Shown: positions 24,953 through 36,727 of the stretch, piece after piece | How positions within the stretch are numbered: position 1 is the stretch's first letter | Layout: the number at the start of each line of letters is the position of its first letter | DNA from: Octopus vulgaris | Lineage: Eukaryota | Assembly: GCA_951406725.2 (NCBI GenBank) | Contig: OX597819.1 | Coordinates: forward strand, 48,236,001 to 48,300,000 | Length of the DNA stretch: 64,000 bases | Reading direction: 5' to 3' | The notes under the pieces: model-generated | What the model saw: only the letters and a program-made list of their open reading frames with translations | Databases searched by the model: none | Told to the model about the DNA's origin: nothing | Made by a program: the position numbers and the translations under genes

Positions 24953-25430
24953 TTAAATAGTCTTGACTATTAATTTGCCATGAACAGAAACCATCGGGCC
25001 AGCAGATTTCCAAGATATAGCCCCCTACCCCCATCATCACAGATCTTCCTCCATGTTTAACAGTTGGAAGAAGGCAGGCTGGGTCAAATGCTTCTTTTGG
25101 CTGTCTCCATGCGTATACTTGGCCAGTGGTCAGAAATAAAGTAAAGGATGGCTTGTCCAAGAAAATAACACTCTTCCACTGCTCTAGGGACCAATTCAGT
25201 AGGTTTTTGCTCCACTCTAAACGCTTGCAACATTTGTTTTTGAAAGTAGTGGTTTTCTGATTGCAACCCTCCTGTGAAATCCGGCTGTGTGCAGCTCCTG
25301 ACAAACAGTTTTTGTGGAAACTGGGTTCTCGAGGTGGTCATTAAGCTCTGTAGTAATTTTGAGAGCTGTACTTTTGTGATCCTTTCTAACAATTTGTGTA
25401 AGAGTCCAACAGTCCCTATCTGAAAGTTCT

Positions 25431-26275
25431 TGTTTTCTTCCAGATGATCTTTGTCAATGCCTCCACCAAGTTTGGAGATGGTCAAACAAATAGGACCTGT
25501 GTCTGAACGTGTCAAAGTGCTGTCATCTGCCTGTTGGCTCCTCTCCAGCAACTCAACTTGATTTCGAGCTAGGTCGTCTGCTGCTGGAGAAGACCGGCCA
25601 AGTAAAGGACCTGGGTATCTTGGTGGATTCTTCCTTTTCGTCTTCGGCCCAATGCGTCCATGCTGCCAACAAAGCACGCGGAGTTCTGTTTTTGATTCAA
25701 CAGTTATTCGGAATGCTCACAGCAGCCATATTCCTACCGCTCTATGTCACGCTGGTGAGACCCATATTGGAGTACGGGATTCAAGCCTCTTCTCCTTATC
25801 TCCTCAAAGACATACATCATCTTGAAAGAGTCCAGAAGCTGGCTACCTGCATGGTTCTTGGTCTCAAGCATTTGTCTTATGAAGAAAGGTTGAAGACGCT
25901 TGACCTTTATTCTCTCGAAAAACGCTGCCGCCGTGGTGATCTTATTCTCGCTCACAACATCATTAGCGGAAAGTGTAACCTCTTGAAAGAGCTGTTCTTC
26001 ACTCCTGCTCTAGTGTGTGGGCTGTGGGGTCACTCCGAAAAGCTCTATCTACGACAATTTCATCTCAATCGAAGGAGAGGGGCTTTCTCCGTCTGGGTTG
26101 CAGATCCGTAGAATAAGCTAGCAGACGAGATGGTGAAGATGCTGATGACCACTCGATTCAAAGTCTCTCTTGACCAGAAATGGCCTGAATTCTTTGTATG
26201 ACCACCCTCCCTGTACATAACTCCCTGTCCCCCTACATGGCCTTGCTTTTGCTTTTTGAGTCAATAAAAATTATA
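25431..26275 (+). mobile_element. CR1-clade LINE, 5'-truncated (end of reverse transcriptase, C-terminus and 3' UTR)
   Basis: ORF 25509-26111: VKDLGILVD, LYVTLVRPILEYG, LERVQKLAT, LSYEERLKTLDLYSLEKR..RGDLI. GC-richer than the flanks. Confidence 0.92.
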
Positions 26276-28309
26276 TATATATATAATCATTACTGTCATT
26301 TAACATCCATACTTATGTAGGTGAAATGGAATTTGTTGAAGCAGATTTTCTACAGCTAGATGCTCTTCCTGTCATTGCCTGTTTGCAAGAAAGGTATTAT
26401 TTTTCCATAGCTAGACATGTTTTACATGGAAGACTACAAATAAATAATCCTGCTTGTATGACAATGATGCTCATTTAAAACTATCTCATGATGTCTTCAA
26501 AAGGACAAACACACAGACACACAATGAGCTTCTTTAAGTTTCTTTTACCAAATCTATTTACATGGTTTTGGTTGGCCCGGGGCTATAGTAGATGGCAGTG
26601 GGACTGTACCCAAGACCACATGGTTAGAGAGCTAGCTTCTTAACCACACAGTCACATCTGCACCTAATTGATTAGAAAATACACACATACATATATGACT
26701 CAATATATAAGTTATTTAACCAACTACAGTGAAATGGAAAGCAAAGTTGATCCCAGCAGGATATGAACCCAGAACATAGAGACAAAAACTAAATATAGTA
26801 AGGCAATTTACTACCATGTTCTAATGTTTCTGCCAACACAACCAACCTGGAATTAATTAAAGAAATAAATCAAACTTAAGACAGGTGGTGATAGGTCTTA
26901 ATGCAAAGCAAGATAATCCATGTTAATATGGGAAATAGACCTTAACGCTATGGGAGTATGGTGAAAAAAAAAATGGTGATGATGATGACAAAGATATACA
27001 TACACACACCATACTCAAGCAGCTAGTCATCAGAGAAAAAAAATAGCATTATTTTAGTTGAAATAAATTAATGAGACAGACATCTGACCTTGAAGCTAAC
27101 TAAGTAATCAATACCAGTTAGAGTAACAAAGAAATCATCTGAGCACCATTTTCTAATCAACTAGACCAGCTGTTCAAAAACACAAACAGACATTGTTCAA
27201 GATGGCCTCAGCTAAATTTCAACATGATTGATATCAAATCAATAAAGTATTCGATAAAACGACTTTCTCGTGTTACACTAACACTATAGCGCTACCGTCA
27301 CAGCAGAGATTTCTTTCCATCAATCTAGCGACTGTGTCTGATCATTCAAGTAGTTTTATCACTGAGGTTAAACAGGGATATTGATTGATCTGGTGTATAT
27401 TAAACTAATTGAAGACTTAAAACTAAAGAATTGTACTCCCTTTATCAGTTTAGCCAAAACATAACCCACTAACTAAGCTATTGTTTTCAGTTCTAAATTA
27501 TCAACAACAAAAAATATATCTTTTACATCAGTAAATTATCTTAACACAAAACAATTTAATTGTGTTTTGAGAAGAATAGAATTGATATTTTTAAATCAAT
27601 TTTCTTGTTAATAAAATTAACAATTCTAAAGCAAAAATGTTTAAAAAAATTAAAAAGAAGCCATCGAAAACTAAGAGAAAGAATAAGCTTTTTGTTTCAG
27701 TGTTGCAAAAGTTGAATCTACAGCTGTCAATTGTGAAAGATCATAGGAAAATATTGACTGAAATAAATTCTAGAAGATAGGAACTCTTCATGAAGATATC
27801 CATAGATGAAGAAAGCAGTCTGGCAACGGTGTGGTTCGTGATAACCTTCAAGAAAAGTAAAATCCTTTAGGAAATAGCCAAGCTTTACTTCACATTGTTT
27901 TAAAATTCAAGATGGTTTCTCACCAAACAATGTTTTAGAGCTTTCATATTACATCCTCCTCAGAAATTACAAGTTAATCTTCTTTCATATATAATGTATA
28001 CATTGATAAAATGTCTAAAAAATTAAAAGGTGGTATTAAATTTGCTAGAATAGATTAAACTTAATTATCCAAGTAGCTTTCATTCTCCATAGTGCTACGT
28101 CTCCAGTCATTATATTTATCAGTTTCTTGCCAAACAAGTTAGTTTCACTAATTACTCGAGTTTTAGAATATTTCACTAAATATAAATTAAGCAAATAAAT
28201 AAATAATACAACATCTGTATTAATGATAAGATGGTTTAATAATTTTAGGGAAACTCTAATATCTAAATGAATACTGGAAACTGTGACCAACACAAAATCA
28301 AATATGAAA

Positions 28310-29150
28310 CATCATCATCATTGTTTAACATCCGTCTTCCATGCTGGCATGGATTGGATGGTTCGACTGAGGTCTGGGAAGCCAGGAGGCTGCACCAGGC
28401 TCCAGTCTGATCTGGCAGTATTTCTACAGCTGGATGCCCTTCCTAATGTCAACCACTCCAAGAGTGTAGTGGGTGCTTTTTACATGCTACAAGCACAGGG
28501 GCCAGAGAGGGTTGGCATCGACCACTATCAGAGGGTGCTTTTTACGTGCCACCAGCATAGAAACCAGTCAAGGCAGCGCTGGCATTGGCCACGTTCGGAT
28601 GATGCTTTTTACGTCCCACTGGCATGGGGATCACAACTACAATTTCCATTTGATTGTGATTTGATTTGATTTTGATATACTTAACTCAATAGGTCTCCTC
28701 AAGCATGGCATGTCACCCTATGATCCAAGGTACTTTTGAGTTGGCTGGTTATGCGACACTGGTGTAGGTTACAGCTGTAAACTCACTTTATTTTCCAGGT
28801 CTTCTCAGTCACAGCATATCTCCAGAGGTCTCAGTCTTTTGTCATTGCCTGTGAGGCTCAACATTCAAAGGTCATGCTTCACCACATCATCCCGTGTCTT
28901 CCTGGGTCTCCCTCTACCTCGGATTCCTTCCACTGTTTGGGAGTGGCACTTCTTCACACATCTCTCCTCATCCATCTGTAGTATATGACCATACCAACGC
29001 ACACATCTCTCTTGCAAGCCACATCTGATGCTTCTTATGTTCAACATTTCTCCCAGGGCACTTATACTCTGCCATGTGTGCACACTGACATTACACATCC
29101 AGTGGATCATGCTAGCTTAATTTCTTTCGAGCCTATGCATGTCTTCAGCT
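28310..29150 (-). mobile_element. RTE-clade LINE 3' end: ORF C-terminus plus 3' UTR and (GAT)n tail
   Basis: ORF 28865-29110 RWYGHILQMDEERCVKKC..VEGIRGRGRPRKT..VVKHDL is contiguous with the GTAAAAAGCACC / TAGGAAGGGCATCCAGCTGTAGAA / (GAT)n module. Confidence 0.88.
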
Positions 29151-30864
29151 AACTTATTCTCTTAAAATTCTTGGCCATGTTTAGCTTAAAAGTGTACATT
29201 TTTACTCCAAGGAGTATACAAGTTTTTATCTAATTTACTTCATTTACTGAACAAAGAAAATATGGCCGTTTAAAAAAATTTTTTTAATTAACAGATAAAT
29301 ATATTATCTGAAGTACTTACTCAGTTGAATTAAAATACAAAGTTTTTTTTTTTTTTTTTTTTCTTTCAAATACATCTCATCTATTTTGACAGCAGCAACT
29401 AAATTTGGGCAACAAGTAACTTAAACATTTTATTCATTATTTATATTAGTCCCTTATTACATCACATAAGAAAGGTGCTGAAATAAACGAATAATTCTTC
29501 CACATATGTTTCTCTTGGAATTGTAATACCAGTATTTATAAACACAAAATTGTCAGAAAATAAATACACCAGAAATTTTCAAAATCTCCTTGAAATAAAA
29601 ATTTCAAGTAAAATTCAAAATCACACACATACACTCACTCACACACACATATATACACAATGGTATCATTTAATGCCTATTTTTATATGCTACTATCAGT
29701 TGAACAAGTTTGCAGCAGTGCATATTGCTATTCTTCCAGAAAAGGAATTCCTTCTGTTCTTGCTATAGCTAAAATGTTACGATTATATCTCCTCATACAA
29801 TACACTTTGGTTGATAATTTGTAATTAAAAAAACACAGCATATGTTCTTTGTTGAAATCTAAACTAAAGATCTCTTGCAGATCTTCCTCCAAGTAACAAA
29901 AATATCCTGTTTAGTCATTAGTTAAGATAACCATAAGAATGTATCTATCTAAAGCTTTGGTGTGTATTTTAGAGAGACCTAAAACATGAGTTTTATTTTT
30001 TTAATGCAAGTCATTGAAAATTAAAAAAGCAAAATATCTGAATCAAAAGATTTACAGCTAAGTCAAACCGAAAGCCTAAGTATGACACAGAGTACAATGC
30101 ATAACCTACAGATAAAGGTTGTATAGATATGAAGAGATAAAAGATGGAAATGATAGAGAAACAAAAACTACTATATAAAATGCATTCAATGTTATTTATT
30201 TCTCAAAAGATGAAAAAATTAGTGCACATCTCAGACTGACTAACAAGACAGACATCTAATGAGTAAGAAAAGAAAATATAACCCCTAACAGCAAGCGACT
30301 CATATTACTATAATGAATCAGGAGAAGGGGACTTAATAAAGCAAGAAATTACTACTACTACTATTACTACTACCACCACCACCACCACCACCACTACTAA
30401 TTTGGAGAAATTAAAGAATTTAAGCTGAAATTTTACCTTTACTAATTAGCTGATATTCAGCTCTAGATTTTTCTGCCATCAATGAGATCTTAATCACTTA
30501 AGCTGTTAACCTGTTCACCATCTTGAGTGTTTAAGTCAGCTAATTTCATGGCTGTATTGTATTTATTTAAAATGGCATTTTGTCAAGGTGTGTGACCAGC
30601 ATTTCAATTCAGTTCTCAGATGCACCCTATTTTCTTCGTATAGATTACTAGTGCTTGGAAATAAATTTACATGACCTTTGCTTCTTTTTTAAAATATGTT
30701 TAAGATTAAGCAAGTAAACAATATTGTTTTTCATTTAAGAAAAAAAAAAAGAAAAACCTTGAACTTATGACACTTTATGACAATTCTTGACACTTCATTC
30801 TAATGGAAAGAAGAAAAAAAAAGCAAAACTGAAAGCATGGACAAGCTCTGAGGATTCTTTTGTT

Positions 30865-31065
30865 CTTTTATTTGTTTCAGTCATCTGAGTGCAACCATGC
30901 TGGAGCACCACATTTAGTTGAACAAATCAAACCCAGGACTTATTCTTTGTAAGCCTAGTACTTATTCTATCAGTCTCTCTTGCCGAACCACTAAGTTATG
31001 AGGATATAAACACACCAACGTCAGTTGTCAAGCAATGGTGGGGAGACAAACACAGACACACAAAC

Positions 31066-31112
<47 letters not shown>

Positions 31113-31194
31113 AAATACAAATGGGACAATAACGCAAGACATCCGAACAACTAGATGATACAAAAAGGGACAACAAAACATCCAGACAGATGAT

Positions 31195-31260
<66 letters not shown>

Positions 31261-31423
31261 GAGAGTCTTCTTTCAGTTTCCGTCTACCAAATCCACTTAC
31301 AAGACTTTGGTCAGCCCAAGGCTATAGTAGAAGACACTTGCCCAAGGTGCCACGCAGTGGGACTGAACCCGGAACCATGTGGTTGGTAAGCAAGCTACTT
31401 ACCACACAGCCACTCCTGCACCT
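30865..31423 (-). mobile_element. tRNA/CORE SINE family A with ~90-bp foreign insert in its microsatellite
   Basis: Both halves are homologous to family A; insert at 31111-31200. Confidence 0.88.
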
Positions 31424-31690
31424 TTACAACCGAACATTATCTTCACAAACAAACAACTATAGCATCTTATAGCTGTTGCAGAATTATTGACATTTGTACC
31501 CTACTTGAAACACAAAGAAGGATTGGTTACAAGAAGAGCACCTGGCTGCAAAAAACTGCCTTAATAGCCTTCGTCCAATGTATGGTTGCAAGAAATGTGA
31601 TGATGATAATGAAAATTTAACCAAGTCATATGACAAACAAGCAAAACTTGGGAAAATTTTTTTTTGTTTCAAACATTCATCTTATCTTAA

Positions 31691-31911
31691 CCTTTTAGTA
31701 TTCGCATTATTCTGCCAAAATTAATGCTTTTTCATCCACTTTGTTTTGAACTAATCAAACATTATCTTGTAACTATGAGAATTTGATGAGGTAGCTGTTA
31801 ATTTTTAAAATGATATTGTAAGGTTGGTGTGAGAGACCAGATCTGGCCAATTTGAACATAAAACAGGCAGAATACTTTTGGCCGGATATGGCCGGTTTAA
31901 ATGCTAAAGGG
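31691..31911. mobile_element. TTAA MITE family 2
   Basis: TTAA CCTTTTAGTATT ... AATGCTAAAGGG TTAA; internal GGCCGGATATGGCCGG. Confidence 0.85.
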
Positions 31912-32038
31912 TTAAAATAAGCAGAGGAAAAGCATGTTTTTGCGCACATATATTGCATATTGATAATTAAGGTGTTAAGAATTAATATCTGAATTTCTTT
32001 CATATTTGAATATTAAACAATTATAATAATCAACATAG

Positions 32039-32428
32039 AGGCATGGTTGTGTGGTAAGAAGCTTGCTTCTCAACCACATGGTCCCAGGTTTGGTCGCACT
32101 CTGTGGCACTTTGGCCAAGTGTCTTCTGCTATAGCCTTGGGCTGACCAGAACCTTGTGAATGGAGTTGACTGATGGAAACTGAAAGCCTGTCACATAGAT
32201 ATGTTTATATCTGTGTGCGTCTTTGTATCTGTGTTTGTCCCTCACCATCACTCAACAACCAGTGTTGGTGTATTCACATCCCCGTAACTTAGCAGTTCAA
32301 TAAAAGATACTGATAGAATAAGTATCAGGCTTTACAAAAATAAGTCCTGAGGTTAATTTGACTAAAACCCTACTATCCGGTACCCCAGTATGGCTGCAGT
32401 AAAAAATGACTGAAACAAGTGAAAAGAT
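32039..32428 (+). mobile_element. tRNA/CORE SINE family A (older)
   Basis: GGCATGGTTGTGTGGTAAGAAGC ... ATGACTGAAACAAGTGAAAAGA. Confidence 0.85.
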
Positions 32429-32542
32429 ATATATGTATCTTCTTTCTTTTGCATTTTCTACAATATATCCAATTATTACATGTCAACATTAAAATTTATA
32501 ATACACATTAACGATAAAAAAACTGCAAGATATTGAGTGTTT

Positions 32543-32622
32543 GTAGGTAGGTAGGTAGGTAGGTAGGTAGGTGTGTGTGTGTGTGTGCGCGTGCGCGCGC
32601 GCGCGCGTGCGTGCGTGCGTGT
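32543..32622. repeat. Compound microsatellite (GTAG)n(GT)n(GC)n(GTGC)n
   Basis: Read directly. (TA)n tracts also occur at ~12666-12708, 24158-24194, 33038-33075, 33769-33811 and 58996-59026. Confidence 0.95.
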
Positions 32623-32624
32623 AT

Positions 32625-33036
32625 ATCATCGTTCAACGTCCGTTGTCCATGCTGGCATAGATTGGACGGTTTGACCAGGGCTGGTAAGCTGAAAGGCTGC
32701 ACCAGACTCCAGTCTGATTTGGCATGGTTTTCTATGGCTAGATGCCCTTCTTAACACCAACCACACTGAGAATGTAATGGGTACTTTTATGTGCCACTGG
32801 CACAGGTGACGTTTGCGTGACACCAGTATCTGCCATGACTGCAATTTTGCTTGGCTTGATTGGTCTTCTCAAGCATGAAGTAATGCCAAAGGCTTCAGTA
32901 ACTGCCTCTGTGAGACCCAACACTCTAAAGGAACTCAGCCACTTTGCCTATGCGAAGTTCAATGCTCAAAAGGAACTTGACCACTTTGCGTCTGTGAGGC
33001 CCAATGCCCAAAAGGAACTCGGCCACTTTGCCTTCA
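32625..33036 (-). mobile_element. RTE 3' end copy with a triplicated 42-bp unit
   Basis: ATCATCGTTCAACGTCCGTTGTCCATGCTGGCAT tail; 42-bp units at 32903, 32945 and 32987. Confidence 0.8.
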
Positions 33037-33076
<40 letters not shown>

Positions 33077-33078
<2 letters not shown>

Positions 33079-33390
33079 TCACTCCAGTTCTATCCCTGAT
33101 CTCCTTGTTCCGGATGTGATCTCTTACAATGTTGTTGCAGAATACCACCACACGAAGCTACAATGTTGCAAGGTTCACAGACGATCAGTGGACCTGTGCA
33201 GTTGTCGTATGGTGGTACCCACATGAGCGGAAGAGACTACTTGAAAGACTTCTTATCAGGTGAGAAGATGATTTAAGAATAATGTTTCGAGCAACATGGA
33301 GGAGAATAGGAGAGCACAAGGGCAAGGGAGTGAACGCTGTAGCCAGCAGAGCCAAATTGGCACCAGACAGCCTGGCTGATCCAGGTGATA
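33077..33390. mobile_element. RTE ORF C-terminal fragment with an inverted 5' part
   Basis: Minus 33077-33150 reads VRDHIRNKEIRDRTGVN; plus ~33155-33320 reads VARFTDDQWTCAVVVWWYPHERKR. Confidence 0.65.
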
Positions 33391-33765
33391 TATATATTAA
33401 CACCATTATTGTTTTAACATCCATTTTTCCATGCATGCATAGCATGATGGAATTCATTGGGGCAAATTTTCTATGACTGGATGCTCTTCCTAACACCAAC
33501 CTTTGCCTATTTCAAGTAAGGGTATATTTCCCAAAAGCAAGAAATATTTTAACAGGAGACTAAGGTGATGCTATCGCTAACACACAAACACACACATACA
33601 ATGGGTTTCTTTCAGTTTCCATCAACTAAATTCACTCAAGGCTTTGATTGGCGTGAAGCTATAACAGAACTTGCCCAAGGTGCTATGATGTAAGACTGAA
33701 CTCAAAACCATATGGTTGGGAAGCAATCTTCTCAACCACATCACCATGCATGGAGTTAACCACAT

Positions 33766-33808
<43 letters not shown>

Positions 33809-33812
<4 letters not shown>

Positions 33813-34182
33813 CAGTATCGCCCGGCGTTGCTCAGGTTTGTAAGGGAAATAACTATAAAGCATTTTTAGAGAGTTATAGCCAAAAAATAGCAAAATAATG
33901 GAAAAAAATGATGGTAAATTTTTTTTTAGTTAAAAGGTGGAGTTGCGTCCCCTAGACAGTTTGCGGTTTGTGTTTCTGATTCTCGACCCCATGTCGAATA
34001 TATCGATATTTTTCAGAACTGGGGGAACTTTTCAAAATTTTCGCTCCGTTAGTTTTGAATTATGACATATGTGTGTGTCAAGTTTCATCAGAATCGGTTG
34101 AAAGCCGTGGTCAGGGTGAGGGTACAAGCAAACAGACACACAGAAACACGCACAGACAAACTGCCGTTTATATAGAGATAGA
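33809..34182 (-). mobile_element. Non-autonomous Helitron-like element
   Basis: Minus strand starts TCTATCTCTATATAAACGGCAG followed by (TGTC/TG)n. It ends with a GC hairpin CCTGAGCAACGCCGGG and ATACTGCTA(T) running into (TA)n. No TSD seen; CpG-rich. Confidence 0.7.
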
Positions 34183-34611
34183 TATATGCCGTGTGTTCGC
34201 TTTATATCTCCTGCATAATGATTCTACAATCATGATAAGCTATATCTATTTAGAAAAAAAGTCTCACCCTAGTATAAAATGTTTTGACTAACCTGTTATA
34301 TAGTATATTAACAACCAATAAAGAGGAACCAGCACTATTCCAGGTAATGTAAAATATATCAAACAAAACAGTGACAATGAGCAGAGGCATTACCAAGAGA
34401 ATGAAAAACACATTTTACATAGGTGAGGAAATAGGACTTTCCCCCTCATCAGCTGGCAATCAAATATCCTCATGATTTCAACACTTTTAAGGCAAGTTCA
34501 CTACTTCCAACATCAAAGAGCATTAAAAATATAATGTAACATTATTTACACTGACATCTGCAAAACTCAGAAATTAAAATACAAATAAAATATATCAATA
34601 TACATATGTAT

Positions 34612-34873
34612 CTTTTTGAGAATGGTGAGGCTCAAAGAGTAGAGAAAGCTTATAAATAATATGTAAATTTGGAGCTAAAAATCCCTTTGGATAGAAAAAG
34701 TCAAAGGCTGTCTGTGGGGCACAAAGCCACATCTGTAAACATGAAAGATGTTCAACCATTGGAACTCCCATAGCCTTTGATTTTTTTTTCTATCCAAAGG
34801 ATTTTTAAAACTCAATATGTACATGGTAATATTTTATAGCTTTATCGGTTTCAAATTTCACCATTTGAAAAAA
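34612..34873. repeat. Long imperfect inverted repeat (foldback/MITE-like)
   Basis: TAAAAATCCCTTTGGATAGAAAAAGTCAAAGGCT (34676-34709) vs AGCCTTTGATTTTTTTTTCTATCCAAAGGATTTTTA (34772-34807); outer AATGGTGA / TCACCATT. Confidence 0.75.
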
Positions 34874-34969
34874 AAATTATTTCACATTCTCTTGAAGCCG
34901 CTAAATTTTTATTACACCAACATCATACACACACACACATATATACATTATACATATATACTCTGACTA

Positions 34970-35365
34970 TTTACTCTTTTACTTGTTTCAGTCATTTGAC
35001 TGCGGCCATGCTGGAGCACCGCCTTTAGTCAAGCAACTCGACCCCGGGACTTATTCTTTGTAAGCCCAGTACTTATTCTATCGGTCTCTTTTGCCGAACC
35101 ACTGACGGGGACATAAACACACCAGCATCAGTTGTCAAGCAATGCTAGGGGGACAAACACAGACACACGAACACACACACATATATATATATACATATAT
35201 ACGACGGGCTTCTTTCAGTTTCCGTCTACCAAATCCACTCACAAGGCTTTGGTCGGCCCGAGGCTATAGTAGAAGACACTTGCTCAAGGTGCCACACAGT
35301 GGGACTGAACCTGGATCCATGTGGTTGGTAAGCAAGCTACTTACCACACAGCCACTCCTGCGCCT
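34970..35365 (-). mobile_element. Young tRNA/CORE SINE (octopus OR-type, family A)
   Basis: Head GGCGCAGGAGTGGCTGTGTGGTAAG..GGTTCAGTCCC, CORE-like GGCACCTTG(G/A)GCAAGTGTCTT, internal (TA)/(TG) tract, tail GAAACAAGTAAAAGAGTAAA. Confidence 0.9.
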
Positions 35366-36097
35366 ATATTCATTATACATATATATATTATACATAGACT
35401 GACAGACAAAATGGGATGAAAGAAAATTATATAAAGAAATGGAATGTTAATAAATAATTCATATTTGATAAGAATAGTGCTGAGTGAAAGAAACATCTAA
35501 TATATGGAAGAATATTTTGGTCTTTGATTCATTAGGCTGTGTAAGAAATCAAGTTGTGCTTTGGATGCAATCAGTCAACAGTTAATTCATCATTACAAAT
35601 CAAGCTAATATAGTCATCAACTGACTAAAAATATAGGATTTGAATAATATCGTGTTGCAACAATCGATCAGACTATTATGCTAATCATTTTGTATTATTA
35701 ATTACACTACACTTTAGATCATTGTCACATGACATTTTTGCATTCATTTCCTTGAATTAAAATTGAAACTATCGCTTATCCCAATGGCTTTAATGTTCTT
35801 AATCACTGTTACTGTCTAGAAAGAAATGTATTCATTTGAATGGTATTTAAATTTTCAAGAGCAGCCATATTGGATTGAATTTTGCAGAGGACTTACAAGT
35901 TGAGTTCTCAGTGCTGTGTACTGTTTCTTTGATTGATTTTATTGTAATTCTTAGCTTAGAATAGAAATTCTCATCCCAGATTATCGTGACAATTCTTCAT
36001 TTTCAGTTTATGCATATTATTCTACTGAAGGTGAAAGGAAAGGATTGTTAAGGTTAAGAAATGAAGAATGTAAAAAAAAAAAAAAGAAATTGTCGAA

Positions 36098-36448
36098 GCA
36101 CAGATATGGCTGTATAGTTAAGGTCACTTTTTAAATCTTGTGATTTGGGATTCAGTTCCATTGTATAGTACCTTGGACAAATGTCTTCTGTAACCCTGAG
36201 CCAACCAGTACCTTGTAACTTCCATAAACAGAAACTGTGGGGAAGCCCGTCAAGTATATGTTAGTGTGCCTTTGTTTGCCCCTCCCCATCACCACTATTT
36301 GTAACTTAGCCGTTCAGCAAAAGAGATGAAAGAATAAATACTAGAATCAGAAAAATTAAGTACTGGGGTTGATTTGCTCAACTCTTGAAGGCAGTGCACC
36401 AAAATGGCCACAGTCCAATGAATGAAAGAAGTAAAAGATAAAAGATTA
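36098..36448 (+). mobile_element. Older family A SINE
   Basis: Degenerate head, CORE and GAAGTAAAAGATAAAAGAT tail. Confidence 0.7.
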
Positions 36449-36727
36449 AGCAGACACACAAATATTCAAAAATGGCAGGACACACATGAATTGAGAATGG
36501 AAATTTTATGCCAGTCTAATTGGATGGGATTTCCAATAACAAGAATCACAATGGTTGTAGTTCACAGAGCATTTAACAGCCAGTTAGTAAAGCTGGTGTA
36601 ATTCAATAGATTTTCTTTTATTGACTAAAGTTTAAGCACTTAAAATTTTGACACGTTTCTATTTCTAATGGGGGTGGCAAGTCTGTGGCATAGTGACAGC
36701 CAGTGGCCTAAACAAATTATAGGTTTA

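Larger units (their letters stand above)
24203..25430 (-). mobile_element. Tc1/mariner (DD34E-type) transposase pseudogene with one terminal inverted repeat (TIR)
   Basis: Frameshifted motifs WKSVIFLDKPSFTLF, PTVKHGGRSVM, QDGNVPIHK and WPPPSPDLNIIEH. Tc1-like terminus CAGGGGTTGGACAAAATAATGGAAACA at 24203 beside (TA)n. The other end is lost at the CR1 fragment. Confidence 0.9.

Noticed and set aside
25084-25677. 197-aa minus-strand ORF
   Set aside because: Chance read-through of antisense CR1 into an out-of-frame part of the Tc1.
32817-33119. 100-aa ORF with 14-aa repeats
   Set aside because: Antisense to an RTE end with a 42-bp triplication and runs into (TA)n.
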